Assembly (NCBI GenBank): GCA_963932905.1
Contig: CAWVRN010000010.1
Coordinates: 54,809 to 118,808, forward strand
Length of the DNA: 64,000 nucleotides
Direction: 5' to 3'
Origin: an uncultured Bdellovibrio sp.
Lineage (GTDB): Bacteria; Bdellovibrionota; Bdellovibrionia; Bdellovibrionales; Bdellovibrionaceae
In this document: piece after piece, positions 42,689 through 52,727 of the stretch
Position numbering within the stretch: position 1 is the first letter of the stretch
How the letters are laid out: every line of letters starts with the position of its first letter
Notes under the pieces: generated by a model
What the model was told of the DNA's origin: nothing
What the model saw: the letters and a program-made list of their open reading frames with translations, nothing else
Databases searched by the model: none
Program-made: the position numbers and the translations under genes

Positions 42689-43720
42689 CTAGCGCTTTAG
42701 AAGGCGCTGGCTAAGGACTTTGCGAAGCATTCCATCATCATCCTCGTCGTAAATATCGCCGACGATTTCTTCGATGATATCTTCGAGTGTAACGATACCG
42801 ATGATTTCAGAATTATTTTCGACAAGCGCCATATGTGTTTTCTTTTCCTGCATAAAGCGTAGGGTCTTTAGAATACCTTCAGTTGGGCGAATACGAATAA
42901 TTGGGCGAATGATTTTCTTCCAGTTTTCATCGCCCGACGAAATGAACGTGATAAATTCTTTCGAATGCAAAATACCGACAACTTCATTTTCCGCATACAC
43001 CGGCAAGCGCGTGTGGCCACTTTTCATGACGAGTGATAGAACTTCGTTCAAACTGTATTTTAAATCCAAGGTATTCACCTGTTCCCAAGGAACTAAAATA
43101 TCACGAATTTTTTTAGTTTCGATGTGAACCAAATTGATTACGTACTGCTGGTGAGCATTGGATAAATTTGCGATGCTAACCGATTGTGGATCCTCTTCCT
43201 GTTGTGCTCTGGATTTTGTCGAAGGCAGCATAATTTTTAAAAAAAACTGAGTCGACACTTCTAACATTTTCACAAACGGCGAAAGAACCGCTTCCGCTAC
43301 GACCAAACCATTCACCGCCGCCAGTGAAATCCTCATCGGATGTCTAAGCGCAAAGGATTTCGGCACTAACTCACCAATCACTACATTCGTATATGTTAAA
43401 GGCAAAACTACGATAATCAATGACAGGATTTCAGCCCAATGTTCCGACATTCCGGTGGACTCAAAATAAGGTGATAGTTTTTCTTCGGCACCCACGCCAC
43501 CAATGGCCGCCGACAAAGCACCGACGATCGTGATACCAATTTGTAAAACAGAAAGAGTTCGTTCGGGATGTTCACGCAGTTTTAGTAACCGAGCCGCATG
43601 GTTATTACTTTTCGATAAACCCTTCAGCTCAGATTTGGATACACTGACAAACGCCATTTCAACTGAAGACAAAAGCGCATTAAAAAGAATACAAAGCGAA
43701 ATAACCGCTAATTCAACCAT
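42689..43720 (-). CDS. CNNM/HlyC-CorC family transporter (DUF21 plus CBS domains)
   Basis: SSVEMAFVS, GELVPKS, GHTRLPV and GIVTLEDIIEEIVGDIYDE. Confidence 0.92.
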   Translation of the reverse strand: MVELAVISLCILFNALLSSVEMAFVSVSKSELKGLSKSNNHAARLLKLREHPERTLSVLQIGITIVGALSAAIGGVGAEEKLSPYFESTGMSEHWAEILSLIIVVLPLTYTNVVIGELVPKSFALRHPMRISLAAVNGLVVAEAVLSPFVKMLEVSTQFFLKIMLPSTKSRAQQEEDPQSVSIANLSNAHQQYVINLVHIETKKIRDILVPWEQVNTLDLKYSLNEVLSLVMKSGHTRLPVYAENEVVGILHSKEFITFISSGDENWKKIIRPIIRIRPTEGILKTLRFMQEKKTHMALVENNSEIIGIVTLEDIIEEIVGDIYDEDDDGMLRKVLSQRLLKR

Positions 43721-43824
43721 GACGTACCTAAGTGTATAGAGGAATTTTACAATAAGGTACTATAATAATAACAGTCGAAAGCAATAATTATGTATCGCAA
43801 AAGGCGGAAAATTAGAATATTTGC

Positions 43825-44730
43825 CTATTTCGCCAGCACTGCTTGGGTCAAAGCATCTTTAAGCAAAGTGTATTTGAACTGAAAGCCATTATTCAACGCA
43901 TGAGTGGGAGAGGCTTTTTGATCAGCACACATAATTTCGGCCATTTCCCCAAAAAGAATCTTTAGAGCAAACCTAGGAACCGAAGGTCCTAAAGGACGAT
44001 GTAAAACATCTGCCAGTGTTTTTGAAAATTCCTTATTCGTGACCGGATGCGGAGCCACACCGTTAAAGGCACCAGCGATATTTTTCTCGAATGCAAAAAT
44101 CATCATCGCAACCAGATCCTCGATGTGAATCCAGCTCATGTATTGCTTGCCACCCGCCAGCGCGCCACCAACACCCATCTTGAACGCCGGCAACATCTTA
44201 TCTAGCGCTCCGCCTTCAGACGACAGCACTATACCAGTTCTGATTTTCGCAACTTTAGCTTTCGGTTGAACTAACAAAATCTGATCGGCTTCTTTTTCCC
44301 AGGCCACACAAACATTAGATAGAAACGAGCCATCGAAGGAACTTTGTTCAGTCAAAGAAATACCGGGTCGATCGCCATAAATACCAACACCGGATGAAGA
44401 CAGATAGAACGAAATTGAATCCGTTAGACTCGCATTCAAATTACGCGCACTTAAAACCCGCGAATCTAAAATTTCTTTTTTTACGGCTTCATTCCAGCGC
44501 CTAGCCGTTACATTTTCACCCATCAAATGAAAAACAGCATCGACAGATACTTTTTCTTTTAATGGGGCTTTTCCTAAATCACATTCGATAACCTCGCATG
44601 GAAACGGCAATTGATTTTTCGCTTTTTTAGAATCTCTCGACGTTACTATTATGGAATGGCCTTTTCTATGAAGTGCTAAACCTAATTGTTTACCAATTAA
44701 TCCTGTCGCGCCTGTAACTAATACTTTCAT
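43825..44730 (-). CDS. TIGR01777/YfcH-type NAD-dependent epimerase
   Basis: VTGATGLIG, RTGIVL and GKQYMSWIHIED. Confidence 0.9.
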   Translation of the reverse strand: MKVLVTGATGLIGKQLGLALHRKGHSIIVTSRDSKKAKNQLPFPCEVIECDLGKAPLKEKVSVDAVFHLMGENVTARRWNEAVKKEILDSRVLSARNLNASLTDSISFYLSSSGVGIYGDRPGISLTEQSSFDGSFLSNVCVAWEKEADQILLVQPKAKVAKIRTGIVLSSEGGALDKMLPAFKMGVGGALAGGKQYMSWIHIEDLVAMMIFAFEKNIAGAFNGVAPHPVTNKEFSKTLADVLHRPLGPSVPRFALKILFGEMAEIMCADQKASPTHALNNGFQFKYTLLKDALTQAVLAK

Positions 44731-46037
44731 AGATTAATTCCTTTTTTATATTCCGCAATCGCCCGCGTTCGCGCGAATACATGATCTACAATTGGTTGTG
44801 GATATCGTGTTGTCCCGAATTCCGGGACCCATTTTTTTATATAGATATACTTGGGATCAAATTTTTCTATTTGTGTGGTGGGATTAAAAACTCGGAAATA
44901 CGGAGCTGCATCACACCCTGTCCCCGCAGCCCATTGCCAATTTCCATTGTTGGCGGCCAAATCATAATCCAGCAAATGTTGAGCGAAAAATCGTTCCCCC
45001 AAATACCAATGAGTTAGCAAATGTTTAGTCAAGAACGAGGCGACCACCATACGGACCCGATTATGCATGTGACCCGTCTGTAAAAGTTCACGAATGCCGG
45101 CATCAACCAAAGGATAACCTGTCATTCCCGTCGACCACGCCTTGAATTCCTTTAAATCATTTCTCCAATTTACATTTTCATACTGAGCACGAAACGATTT
45201 CGTCTGAATTTTTGGAAAGTGCCACAGAATCTGCATGAAAAATTCTCTCCAGATCAGTTCAGATAACCACACATCCGAATTTTTGATGGCTTGCTTAACT
45301 AGCTCACGCACGCTCACCGTTCCGAATCGAAGATGTAGGCCCAAACGTGAAGTTCCATTTTCTATCGAAGGAATATCCCGCTGTTCTTTGTATTTCTTCA
45401 TTGTTTCAACTGACCAGTCACGAGGGGGAAATACAAGGCTGTTGTTTTCTGCAAATCCTAGCTCGCTTAATGTCGGCATTTTAAATCTTGCGTTGGTTCG
45501 ATGAAAATTTTCAAAATACGCTTGCGAATTTTTCGGGGCATAATCACTGGGCTTGAGCGTCGCTAGCCACGTTTTTTTGTAAGGAGTATACACTGTGTAG
45601 CTTTTCTTCTGACCCGTCAGGATCTCGCTTTTTTCAAAAATTACCTGATCTTTGAACGTCAGGAATTCAATATTTTGGTCAACTAAAACATCATTGACTT
45701 GGGAATCACGTTCTCGGGCATACGGTTCATAATCACGGTTGGTGTACACTGATGCAATCGAATAGTCTTTGATTAACTTTTTAAAAACTGAAACCGGGTC
45801 ACCATTTAAGACTAGCAAATCACTACCCATGGCATTCAATTGGTTTTTAATTCGCTGAAGCTCACGGTGAATGAAAACAACCCGTCGATCTGAGGGGTTG
45901 TTAAGCGCCGCCAGTATCTTAGTATCAAATATAAAGATAGGTAGAACGTTTTTTCCGTCTTTCAAAGCTTGTAGTAGACCCGTGTTGTCTTCCAAACGAA
46001 GATCACGTCTAAACCAAAATACAGTGAACTTTAACAT
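44727..46037 (-). CDS. phrB: Deoxyribodipyrimidine photolyase (class I CPD-type)
   Basis: WFRRDLRLEDN, WLSELIWREF, TGYPLVDAG, MHNRVRM, NNGNWQW and YFRVFNP. Confidence 0.92.
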   Translation of the reverse strand: MLKFTVFWFRRDLRLEDNTGLLQALKDGKNVLPIFIFDTKILAALNNPSDRRVVFIHRELQRIKNQLNAMGSDLLVLNGDPVSVFKKLIKDYSIASVYTNRDYEPYARERDSQVNDVLVDQNIEFLTFKDQVIFEKSEILTGQKKSYTVYTPYKKTWLATLKPSDYAPKNSQAYFENFHRTNARFKMPTLSELGFAENNSLVFPPRDWSVETMKKYKEQRDIPSIENGTSRLGLHLRFGTVSVRELVKQAIKNSDVWLSELIWREFFMQILWHFPKIQTKSFRAQYENVNWRNDLKEFKAWSTGMTGYPLVDAGIRELLQTGHMHNRVRMVVASFLTKHLLTHWYLGERFFAQHLLDYDLAANNGNWQWAAGTGCDAAPYFRVFNPTTQIEKFDPKYIYIKKWVPEFGTTRYPQPIVDHVFARTRAIAEYKKGINL

Positions 46038-46091
46038 AGGCCCCACAATATAAGTTTAAAAATCCCTAAACTTCATGTAGAACAAAACTAT

Positions 46092-47474
46092 ATGTCCGAC
46101 GTCAATAGCAAAAAATTGGATCGAATTAAAAGTAACATCTTTTCTCGAACCGTGTCGCTCGCCAAGTTCTCGATTAATGCCGGTGCCGGTTTAGCGGGTC
46201 AGGGTTTAAGCAAGATTTTCAAAAGCGAAGAAGACGGTGCTATTAGCTGGAACGAATTCATTTCCGAGCAAGCCGAAAACTTTTCTAAAGAAGTAGGTGA
46301 ATTAAAAGGCTCGATCATGAAGGCAGGCCAAATGCTGTCGATGTACGGCGAGCATTTTTTCCCACCCGAGGTAAACAAATACTTCAAAACCCTTCAACAG
46401 GACTCCGCCGCTTTAAAATGGGAAGCCATAGAACCACTGATTATTAAATACCTAGGTGCTGAAAAATACAACGAACTTGAAATCGAACAGGAACCCCTGG
46501 CGTGTGCTTCGTTAGGTCAAGTTCATCGTGCGACAATAAAAAAGACGGGCGAATCTGTGGTATTGAAAGTTCAATATCCCAGTGTAGATCGTGCCATAGA
46601 TAGTGATTTGCGGGCCATTAAAACATTTATCCACTTACTAAAAATTCTACCGCAGGACACAACACTGGATCCCGTATTTGATGAAATTAAAGAAATGCTT
46701 CTTCAAGAAAGTGACTATGAACAAGAGGCTCTGAAAACAGAAGCCTTTCGCCTACGCTTGGCCAACGATCCACGATTTATTGTGCCTAAAATCTATCCGG
46801 AGTTTTCAAACAAGCGTATTTTAACCTCTTCCTATGAAAAAGGACTTCGCATTGAAGACTCTTTGATTCAATCGTTGTCTCAAAATCGCCGTAATCAGCT
46901 AGCAAGTGATTTCCTAGATTTGTATTTCCATGAACTCTTTATTTGGAAAGACCTACAAACCGATCCGCATGCAGGAAATTACAAAATCAGAATTGGCGCG
47001 GATGGCAAAGACCAATGGATACTTTTTGATTTTGGCGCCACTCGCAGTTACGACGATGCGTTCCTGAATGCCTATCACCGCATGATCAAGGGTTCGCTTA
47101 ATAATGACAAAGACATGTTTCGTAGTGCCGCCAAGGATTTGAAATTCATCTATGACAATGATGATCCTCTGTTAATAGAAAAATTTGAGGAATTCTGCAA
47201 TGAAACCGTAGAACCGTTTCTAAAACAAGATGATTCCAGACAACAAGGCCCCGTGGATGCCGAAGGCAATTACGATTGGAAAACGACCGACTTGCCTCAA
47301 CGTTTATCAAAACGCGTACTAGAAATTATTAAGAACTTTAAATGGCGAACACCACCTCGAGAAATTCTATTTTTAGATAGAAAAACAGGAGGCGTATTTA
47401 TTATATTGCTATTACTTAAAGCCAAGATGAACGCACGCCCATTGATAATGAAATACCTAGAGAATATCAAATAA
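46092..47474 (+). CDS. ABC1/UbiB (AarF) family atypical kinase
   Basis: MKAGQMLS, ACASLGQVH, VLKVQYP, QTDPHAGN and DFG. Confidence 0.92.
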   Translation: MSDVNSKKLDRIKSNIFSRTVSLAKFSINAGAGLAGQGLSKIFKSEEDGAISWNEFISEQAENFSKEVGELKGSIMKAGQMLSMYGEHFFPPEVNKYFKTLQQDSAALKWEAIEPLIIKYLGAEKYNELEIEQEPLACASLGQVHRATIKKTGESVVLKVQYPSVDRAIDSDLRAIKTFIHLLKILPQDTTLDPVFDEIKEMLLQESDYEQEALKTEAFRLRLANDPRFIVPKIYPEFSNKRILTSSYEKGLRIEDSLIQSLSQNRRNQLASDFLDLYFHELFIWKDLQTDPHAGNYKIRIGADGKDQWILFDFGATRSYDDAFLNAYHRMIKGSLNNDKDMFRSAAKDLKFIYDNDDPLLIEKFEEFCNETVEPFLKQDDSRQQGPVDAEGNYDWKTTDLPQRLSKRVLEIIKNFKWRTPPREILFLDRKTGGVFIILLLLKAKMNARPLIMKYLENIK

Positions 47475-47492
47475 CAAAAATTTTAAACAAAT

Positions 47493-47948
47493 CTAGTTGA
47501 GCCACTTTGCGAGTTTCTTTTTCGACTCGCTATTGAATCCTTTGATGCGCGCGACTTCTTTCCAATCTTTGTCTAAAACGACCATCATGGGAATGGCGTC
47601 AAAGTTTAACATTTCCATCATTTTCTTTTTCTGATCCCAAAGAATGGCGTTCTTTTGAGGATATGATTTCAAAAATGTCTGCGCTTTTTCTTCCGAATCG
47701 TCTAAGTTCACGCTGATCAAAACTATTTTTTTATTTTTCTGAGCTTTGATTTTCTCGTCGTAATAGGCAAAGCCTTCTTTGCAGGGTTCACACCAGCTGG
47801 CCCAAAAATCGATCAGAATTAAATCGGCTTTTTCATTCTTATCAAAGGCTTTGGCACCGATGCTTTTCAATGGTTCCAGTTCTTTCTTAAAATCGATGTC
47901 AGCGAAAACACACATGGAAACTAAAAGTGTCAATATCACTGATTTCAT
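47493..47948 (-). CDS. TlpA-like thioredoxin / disulfide reductase
   Basis: IDFWASWCEPC; N-terminal signal or anchor. Confidence 0.88.
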   Translation of the reverse strand: MKSVILTLLVSMCVFADIDFKKELEPLKSIGAKAFDKNEKADLILIDFWASWCEPCKEGFAYYDEKIKAQKNKKIVLISVNLDDSEEKAQTFLKSYPQKNAILWDQKKKMMEMLNFDAIPMMVVLDKDWKEVARIKGFNSESKKKLAKWLN

Positions 47949-47949
47949 T

Positions 47950-48897
47950 CTAACCTTGCTTGGCCTGGCTATAAAAATGATAAAAGAAAACGCTGGTCGA
48001 CCACAATGAATGCGCTAACAGCAAGTGAATCAGTTTCAATGGAACTGGCGATAGCAAAAACAACGTCATCAATCCAACAACGATTCCAAGGGCAATCAAT
48101 CCCGACGCCAGCATCGAAATTTTTGACAAGAATGTATTCAGCTGCGAACTCATTTTATACAATCCAAAACTCAAAGAGCCACCGATAAGCAAGGCAAACA
48201 ATGGATGCAGTCCACGAATTTTTAAAACTAAATGACTACTAGATTCCATATCCTTCATTAAACCGTCCAGCAAACTGGTAGAGGGAAACAACGTTGTTGA
48301 AAGGGATGCCCACGCGCCCGTCACAGCAATCACTAAGAAACAAATTAGAAACGAAGATTTAGAAAAAAAATCCGGAGTTAGTTGAGGCGCCTGATTACGA
48401 TATGTTTCTTTGTAATAGGATTCATACGTAGCGCCCAAAAATCTTACAGTAAATGCAACCAGCATAAAACTATTAACTTGATGCAGACTCATCACAACTA
48501 AGCGCCAAATCGATTGATCTGTGTTGACCAGACCAAACAAAACGAGTTTTGCCCCTAATGCGGCTTCAGAAATCATGAATACCAGAGTCCATGTCATCCA
48601 TCGGTACGCTGATTCTAACCCACTTAGCCGTTTACTTAACTTTCTAACCCAAAGAAAAATTCCGATAACAACAAGACCATACAGTCCACTTGTGAAACGA
48701 TGACCATATTCCACCCACGTTTTCCCTCGGGCCGCTTCAGGAACTAATTTGCCGTTACACAGCGGCCATGTATCTCCACATCCGTCACCTGAATGCGATA
48801 TACGCACCCACGCGCCCCATAAAATCACTAGAATTGTATAGATTAGTAAAAAATAGGCCCAACGACGTAAACGTAGTTCAACAGCTTTAAGTTCCAT
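47950..48897 (-). CDS. ctaA: Heme A synthase (COX15/CtaA family)
   Basis: GAWVR...GDGCGDTWPLCNG, EYGHR and conserved His residues; about 8 TM helices. Confidence 0.85.
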   Translation of the reverse strand: MELKAVELRLRRWAYFLLIYTILVILWGAWVRISHSGDGCGDTWPLCNGKLVPEAARGKTWVEYGHRFTSGLYGLVVIGIFLWVRKLSKRLSGLESAYRWMTWTLVFMISEAALGAKLVLFGLVNTDQSIWRLVVMSLHQVNSFMLVAFTVRFLGATYESYYKETYRNQAPQLTPDFFSKSSFLICFLVIAVTGAWASLSTTLFPSTSLLDGLMKDMESSSHLVLKIRGLHPLFALLIGGSLSFGLYKMSSQLNTFLSKISMLASGLIALGIVVGLMTLFLLSPVPLKLIHLLLAHSLWSTSVFFYHFYSQAKQG

Positions 48898-48941
48898 AGC
48901 AGAACGGTTACAACTGAGCGCCCGACGAGTCAATATTAGAT

Positions 48942-49556
48942 CTAAATAGTTCCGTTAGAAAGAATCAATCGATAGATAAATTCAATCTTCTCATTGATAT
49001 CGTCCATTTCTAGAACGACTTGCTGAAGATCAAAATCTTTTATCAGATAGGCTGAAAATGCTGAAATAATAGCCTCCGGGCCATCCAGCTGACGAAGGAA
49101 CATCTCGCTTTGCATAGAATTGCTAAAGTACTCTGTAATCCATTTGGCCAACACACGATTGATCAAATGAATCTTTTCATGCAGGTCAGGATTGGGTACC
49201 AAATTTTCTAAAATAGGGGTCGCTTCACACACCAAATAGGGCGTTGACGAGTTTTGAACCGTTCCTAAACGCGCTTTTCCTAAACCATGAAGGAAAACCA
49301 GTAAAAACCCGTTCTGGCGTTCTTCAACGACTTGGACTTTGCCATAACCAACGATTTCATTTACAAAACCAATCTTTTCACCAGGACCAACGGGAGCAAT
49401 TTTATTGGGATCATCAATGAAGCCAATAGCAATAGGAACATCCTTAGCCACAGCATCTTTGATCATTTGCAAATAGCGGGGTTCAAAGATATTTAATGGC
49501 TTGGTTGTCTTTGGAAATAGGTTCACATTGACTAACGGAAATACGAACAAGTCCAT
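48942..49556 (-). CDS. Lon N-terminal substrate-binding domain protein
   Basis: VFPL...LFP...PLNIFEPRYLQMI. Confidence 0.85.
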   Translation of the reverse strand: MDLFVFPLVNVNLFPKTTKPLNIFEPRYLQMIKDAVAKDVPIAIGFIDDPNKIAPVGPGEKIGFVNEIVGYGKVQVVEERQNGFLLVFLHGLGKARLGTVQNSSTPYLVCEATPILENLVPNPDLHEKIHLINRVLAKWITEYFSNSMQSEMFLRQLDGPEAIISAFSAYLIKDFDLQQVVLEMDDINEKIEFIYRLILSNGTI

Positions 49557-49611
49557 ATAGCCAGGGTAACGATGGGCCCGCCTGACGTCCACTCATTTTT
49601 ATTTATAGGAC

Positions 49612-49992
49612 TTATTTCTCACTAGACCGCAATTGTTTCACAAACTCTTTATCAACAGACGACATTGGAAGCTGTTTAATTTCATTTAGGTCCGCCCACA
49701 CACAACTTTGATGTTCCGAGAGAACAAACTCTTCACTGCCAAGTGTGGCCGCCACAAAATGGATACTATAGGTCTGGCCTCGGATGTCTTTAGGATAGCT
49801 GGATAGGATGCGAATGGGTTTCACAGCGACATTCAATTCTTCTTTGATTTCACGAACCAAAGCTTCGAAAAATGTTTCACCTTTTTCAACTTTGCCGCCA
49901 GGAAATTCCCACTCACCGCCTTTTTCAACTGGCCGTTGAGCAACTAAAAATTTTCCTTCTTTTTCAACGACGGCTGCAACCACATCTACCAT
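49612..49992 (-). CDS. MutT/NudG-like NUDIX hydrolase
   Basis: Nudix box WEFPGGKVEKGETFFEALVREIKEEL. Confidence 0.92.
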   Translation of the reverse strand: MVDVVAAVVEKEGKFLVAQRPVEKGGEWEFPGGKVEKGETFFEALVREIKEELNVAVKPIRILSSYPKDIRGQTYSIHFVAATLGSEEFVLSEHQSCVWADLNEIKQLPMSSVDKEFVKQLRSSEK

Positions 49993-50059
49993 GTCTCCAT
50001 TGTAGAATGAATCTTCACTCTGGACTAGTTTTTTTCACTGCAAGATTTATAATTAAGAC

Positions 50060-50794
50060 ATGTTCGTAGATCTGATAAGTCAACCTCACTACTCTCCAAA
50101 GAAATTTGCTCTATGGAACAGTTTAGCCTTTCAATCAGGCTGCGTGAACGTAGGTGGCCTGCTGGCCTGCCACCGATTCGTTACCCATACGACCGGTTTT
50201 GCCACACATTTCGGAGTCGAAATGGCGGCCGGACATCTTCAGCAAGCCGTGGGAATTATTTCGGTCCCTTTATTCTTCCTAATGGGAAGTTGTATTTCCG
50301 CATTCTTTACAGATCGTCGCAGCATTCGTCGAAAAGAACCAAATTACACTGTTCTATTTTCCTTAATGGTTGCGTGTTACGCGCTGGTGACGTTGCTAGG
50401 ATTGAACAACAGTTTTGGAGTTTTTGGCACCGAACTATCAATCGCCGACGACTACTTTCTATTGGGACTTTTAAGCTTTAGCTCCGGTGTACAGAATGCC
50501 ATGATCACATCTATTTCGCATTCCGTAATACGCACGACTCATCTGACCGGACTAACTACCGATCTAGGCATTGGTCTGGTCCGCATTTTCTCGCACGAAA
50601 GCAATCATCAACTGCGTGATCAGGAATTGAAAGCGACAGGGATGAGGATCGGGATCATTGTGAGCTTTATATTTGGCAGTTGGATGGGTGCGAGCCTGTA
50701 TTTGAAATATCAATACTATGGATTTATAGTTCCATTTGTTATTTCGAGTATCTATTTGCTGTTGTGTTTGCGAAAAAAACCAACAGCTACTTAA
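50060..50794 (+). CDS. YoaK/DUF1275 family membrane protein
   Basis: FVTHTTG, GVQNA and IRTTHLTGLTTDLG. Confidence 0.88.
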   Translation: MFVDLISQPHYSPKKFALWNSLAFQSGCVNVGGLLACHRFVTHTTGFATHFGVEMAAGHLQQAVGIISVPLFFLMGSCISAFFTDRRSIRRKEPNYTVLFSLMVACYALVTLLGLNNSFGVFGTELSIADDYFLLGLLSFSSGVQNAMITSISHSVIRTTHLTGLTTDLGIGLVRIFSHESNHQLRDQELKATGMRIGIIVSFIFGSWMGASLYLKYQYYGFIVPFVISSIYLLLCLRKKPTAT

Positions 50795-51353
50795 GTGGCC
50801 TTACTTTCTGGGTCGCGATCTCGATCGAATCAAATTCTTCACTGAATTTTTCAAGTACCATTTTCCCAAAATCGTTAACATTAATTTTGAAATCATCCAA
50901 CGCAGCAGTTTTCACGGGAGTGTTTTTATTATTCACATTCACCGCAAAATGAATTTGAGTTGAGACCGCGCTGATAGATGCAATACTGATACTGATTTTT
51001 CGATCTTCCCAGAAAACATCGTCACCGTCACGACGAAGTCGTACTGAACTTTTTGGATTCAAACGACTTTCAATTTCATCTTTCACGATGCTGGCTAATA
51101 AGCGCTGCAAAGATACCGCTGAAAATAAATTTTGATTAAACACTTCAACGATAAAATGAAGCATTAAATCGCCGCGAATAGGACTCTTCGCAAGCACGTC
51201 TTCCAGATCCACCATATGTTCAAAAGGGATTTCACAAGGACCAATCCAAGCAACAATCGAATTTCCTAAAACACCATAATTCTCATAAGCAAAATGAGAC
51301 CGTAATTGTTCGCCCGTATAGGGAAAGAATTTTTTAATAAATTTAGTTTTCAT
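50787..51353 (-). CDS. DUF366 family protein
   Basis: YTGEQL, HMVDLED, MLHFIVE, QRLL, RDGDD, KISISIA and HFAVNV. Confidence 0.8.
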   Translation of the reverse strand: MKTKFIKKFFPYTGEQLRSHFAYENYGVLGNSIVAWIGPCEIPFEHMVDLEDVLAKSPIRGDLMLHFIVEVFNQNLFSAVSLQRLLASIVKDEIESRLNPKSSVRLRRDGDDVFWEDRKISISIASISAVSTQIHFAVNVNNKNTPVKTAALDDFKINVNDFGKMVLEKFSEEFDSIEIATQKVRPLK

Positions 51354-52027
51354 TGGGTCGGTCCTTTATAACCAGGTAAGCCAGCAGCCCTAGTATCCCT
51401 AGCCAGCTCTTTGCCTTGTTTAAGAGCTTTCTCATGGTCAGCGAGAATAAAATCGGCTGCAATCAACGTGCGAAAATAATCGGCCCACATAAATTCCATA
51501 AACGGAGTATCTGTTTTGCTATAGCCCCCACGGTCACGAACTTCCGCAGCGAAGGTACGATACAAATCATCCGTTAAACCAGTGATATCGTTCGGCAGAT
51601 CTTTAGGCTCAATGACTTGCCCCTTGTCTTTCAGATACACTCGTTTAGTTTCAATCATCTTGTTCCAGAATGCCGATGGATCGACAATGTTGGAATAATT
51701 ATCAACCACTTCGTAGTATACCGTTTCGATCTTTTGCTTGTAGGCCGCAGCCAAGAAATGATGGCCATCAATCATGTATTTTTTATCGCCTGGTCCTAAA
51801 ACAACAGGAACAGTTTCCAAGCGTAAATACTGCTCCAGTTCCCCGCTCGCTTTTTTTTTGGCTATTTTCTTGGCTTTCTTTTCAACTTCTTTAAACCCCA
51901 AATTAGCCTGGGTCGGACGAAGGTCCTTAACAGCGATTTTTAGAATTTGAGTTTCAGCAAAACTCGTTACCGAAAAAACTAAAGCAAAAATGACGGAAGC
52001 TATAAATTGACGACGAATCACGACCAT
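51350..52027 (-). CDS. ParB/Srx-like putative nuclease (ParBc_2-type) with N-terminal signal peptide
   Basis: LRPTQANLG, VPVVLGP, MIDGHH, LTDDLYR and TPFMEFMWADYFR. Confidence 0.8.
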   Translation of the reverse strand: MVVIRRQFIASVIFALVFSVTSFAETQILKIAVKDLRPTQANLGFKEVEKKAKKIAKKKASGELEQYLRLETVPVVLGPGDKKYMIDGHHFLAAAYKQKIETVYYEVVDNYSNIVDPSAFWNKMIETKRVYLKDKGQVIEPKDLPNDITGLTDDLYRTFAAEVRDRGGYSKTDTPFMEFMWADYFRTLIAADFILADHEKALKQGKELARDTRAAGLPGYKGPTQ

Positions 52028-52043
52028 TCTCCTTTCTTAATCT

Positions 52044-52727
52044 CTATACAGTTTTGAAATATTTTTTTAGATCAAGGCTATTAGCTTTAAACGCGCGCTT
52101 AGAACGCTGACACGATTCACATTCACCGCACCAGATATCACCAGCGAAATAACATGGCCACAATAACTCAAGTGGTAGTTTCTTTGCTATCGATACTTTT
52201 AGAATCTCGGTTTTCATCATATCGATGGTGTAACACTTCGTTTGAACTTTATTCGCAGTCGAAAAGGAAAAACTACCGTTTAATGCGTGGATAAAATCTT
52301 TCGAATTATCTGGAAACGTCGATGCCTCTTCTAAATTAAAACCTGGAATCACATAGTCACAATCCATGGACTCGGCAAAACCAGCCGCAACATTCAAAAA
52401 GATACCATTGCGATTAGGCACCCAAACTTTAGATGCCGTTTTCGTCGATGCCGATTTATCATCAATTTTTACATCTGTTGTAGGCACATCGATCGTTTTG
52501 TCGGTCAAAGCCGATTTGCCAAATTCACCCACCCATGGAATTGATAGGATCTTGTGTGTCACACCGTAGTACTTACATAAAGCGGACGAAGCTTGAATTT
52601 CTTTAGGTGCCGCCCGCTGACCATAGTCAAATGTGATGGCCAATTTCACCGTCATCTGTTCAAGGGCCATTGCCAAATTAGCAGATGAATCTAAACCGCC
52701 GGATAAAATAACGACTGCTGCACTCAT
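52044..52727 (-). CDS. queC: 7-cyano-7-deazaguanine synthase
   Basis: LSGGLDS, FDYGQR, WVPNRN and Zn motif C...CGECESC. Confidence 0.93.
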   Translation of the reverse strand: MSAAVVILSGGLDSSANLAMALEQMTVKLAITFDYGQRAAPKEIQASSALCKYYGVTHKILSIPWVGEFGKSALTDKTIDVPTTDVKIDDKSASTKTASKVWVPNRNGIFLNVAAGFAESMDCDYVIPGFNLEEASTFPDNSKDFIHALNGSFSFSTANKVQTKCYTIDMMKTEILKVSIAKKLPLELLWPCYFAGDIWCGECESCQRSKRAFKANSLDLKKYFKTV

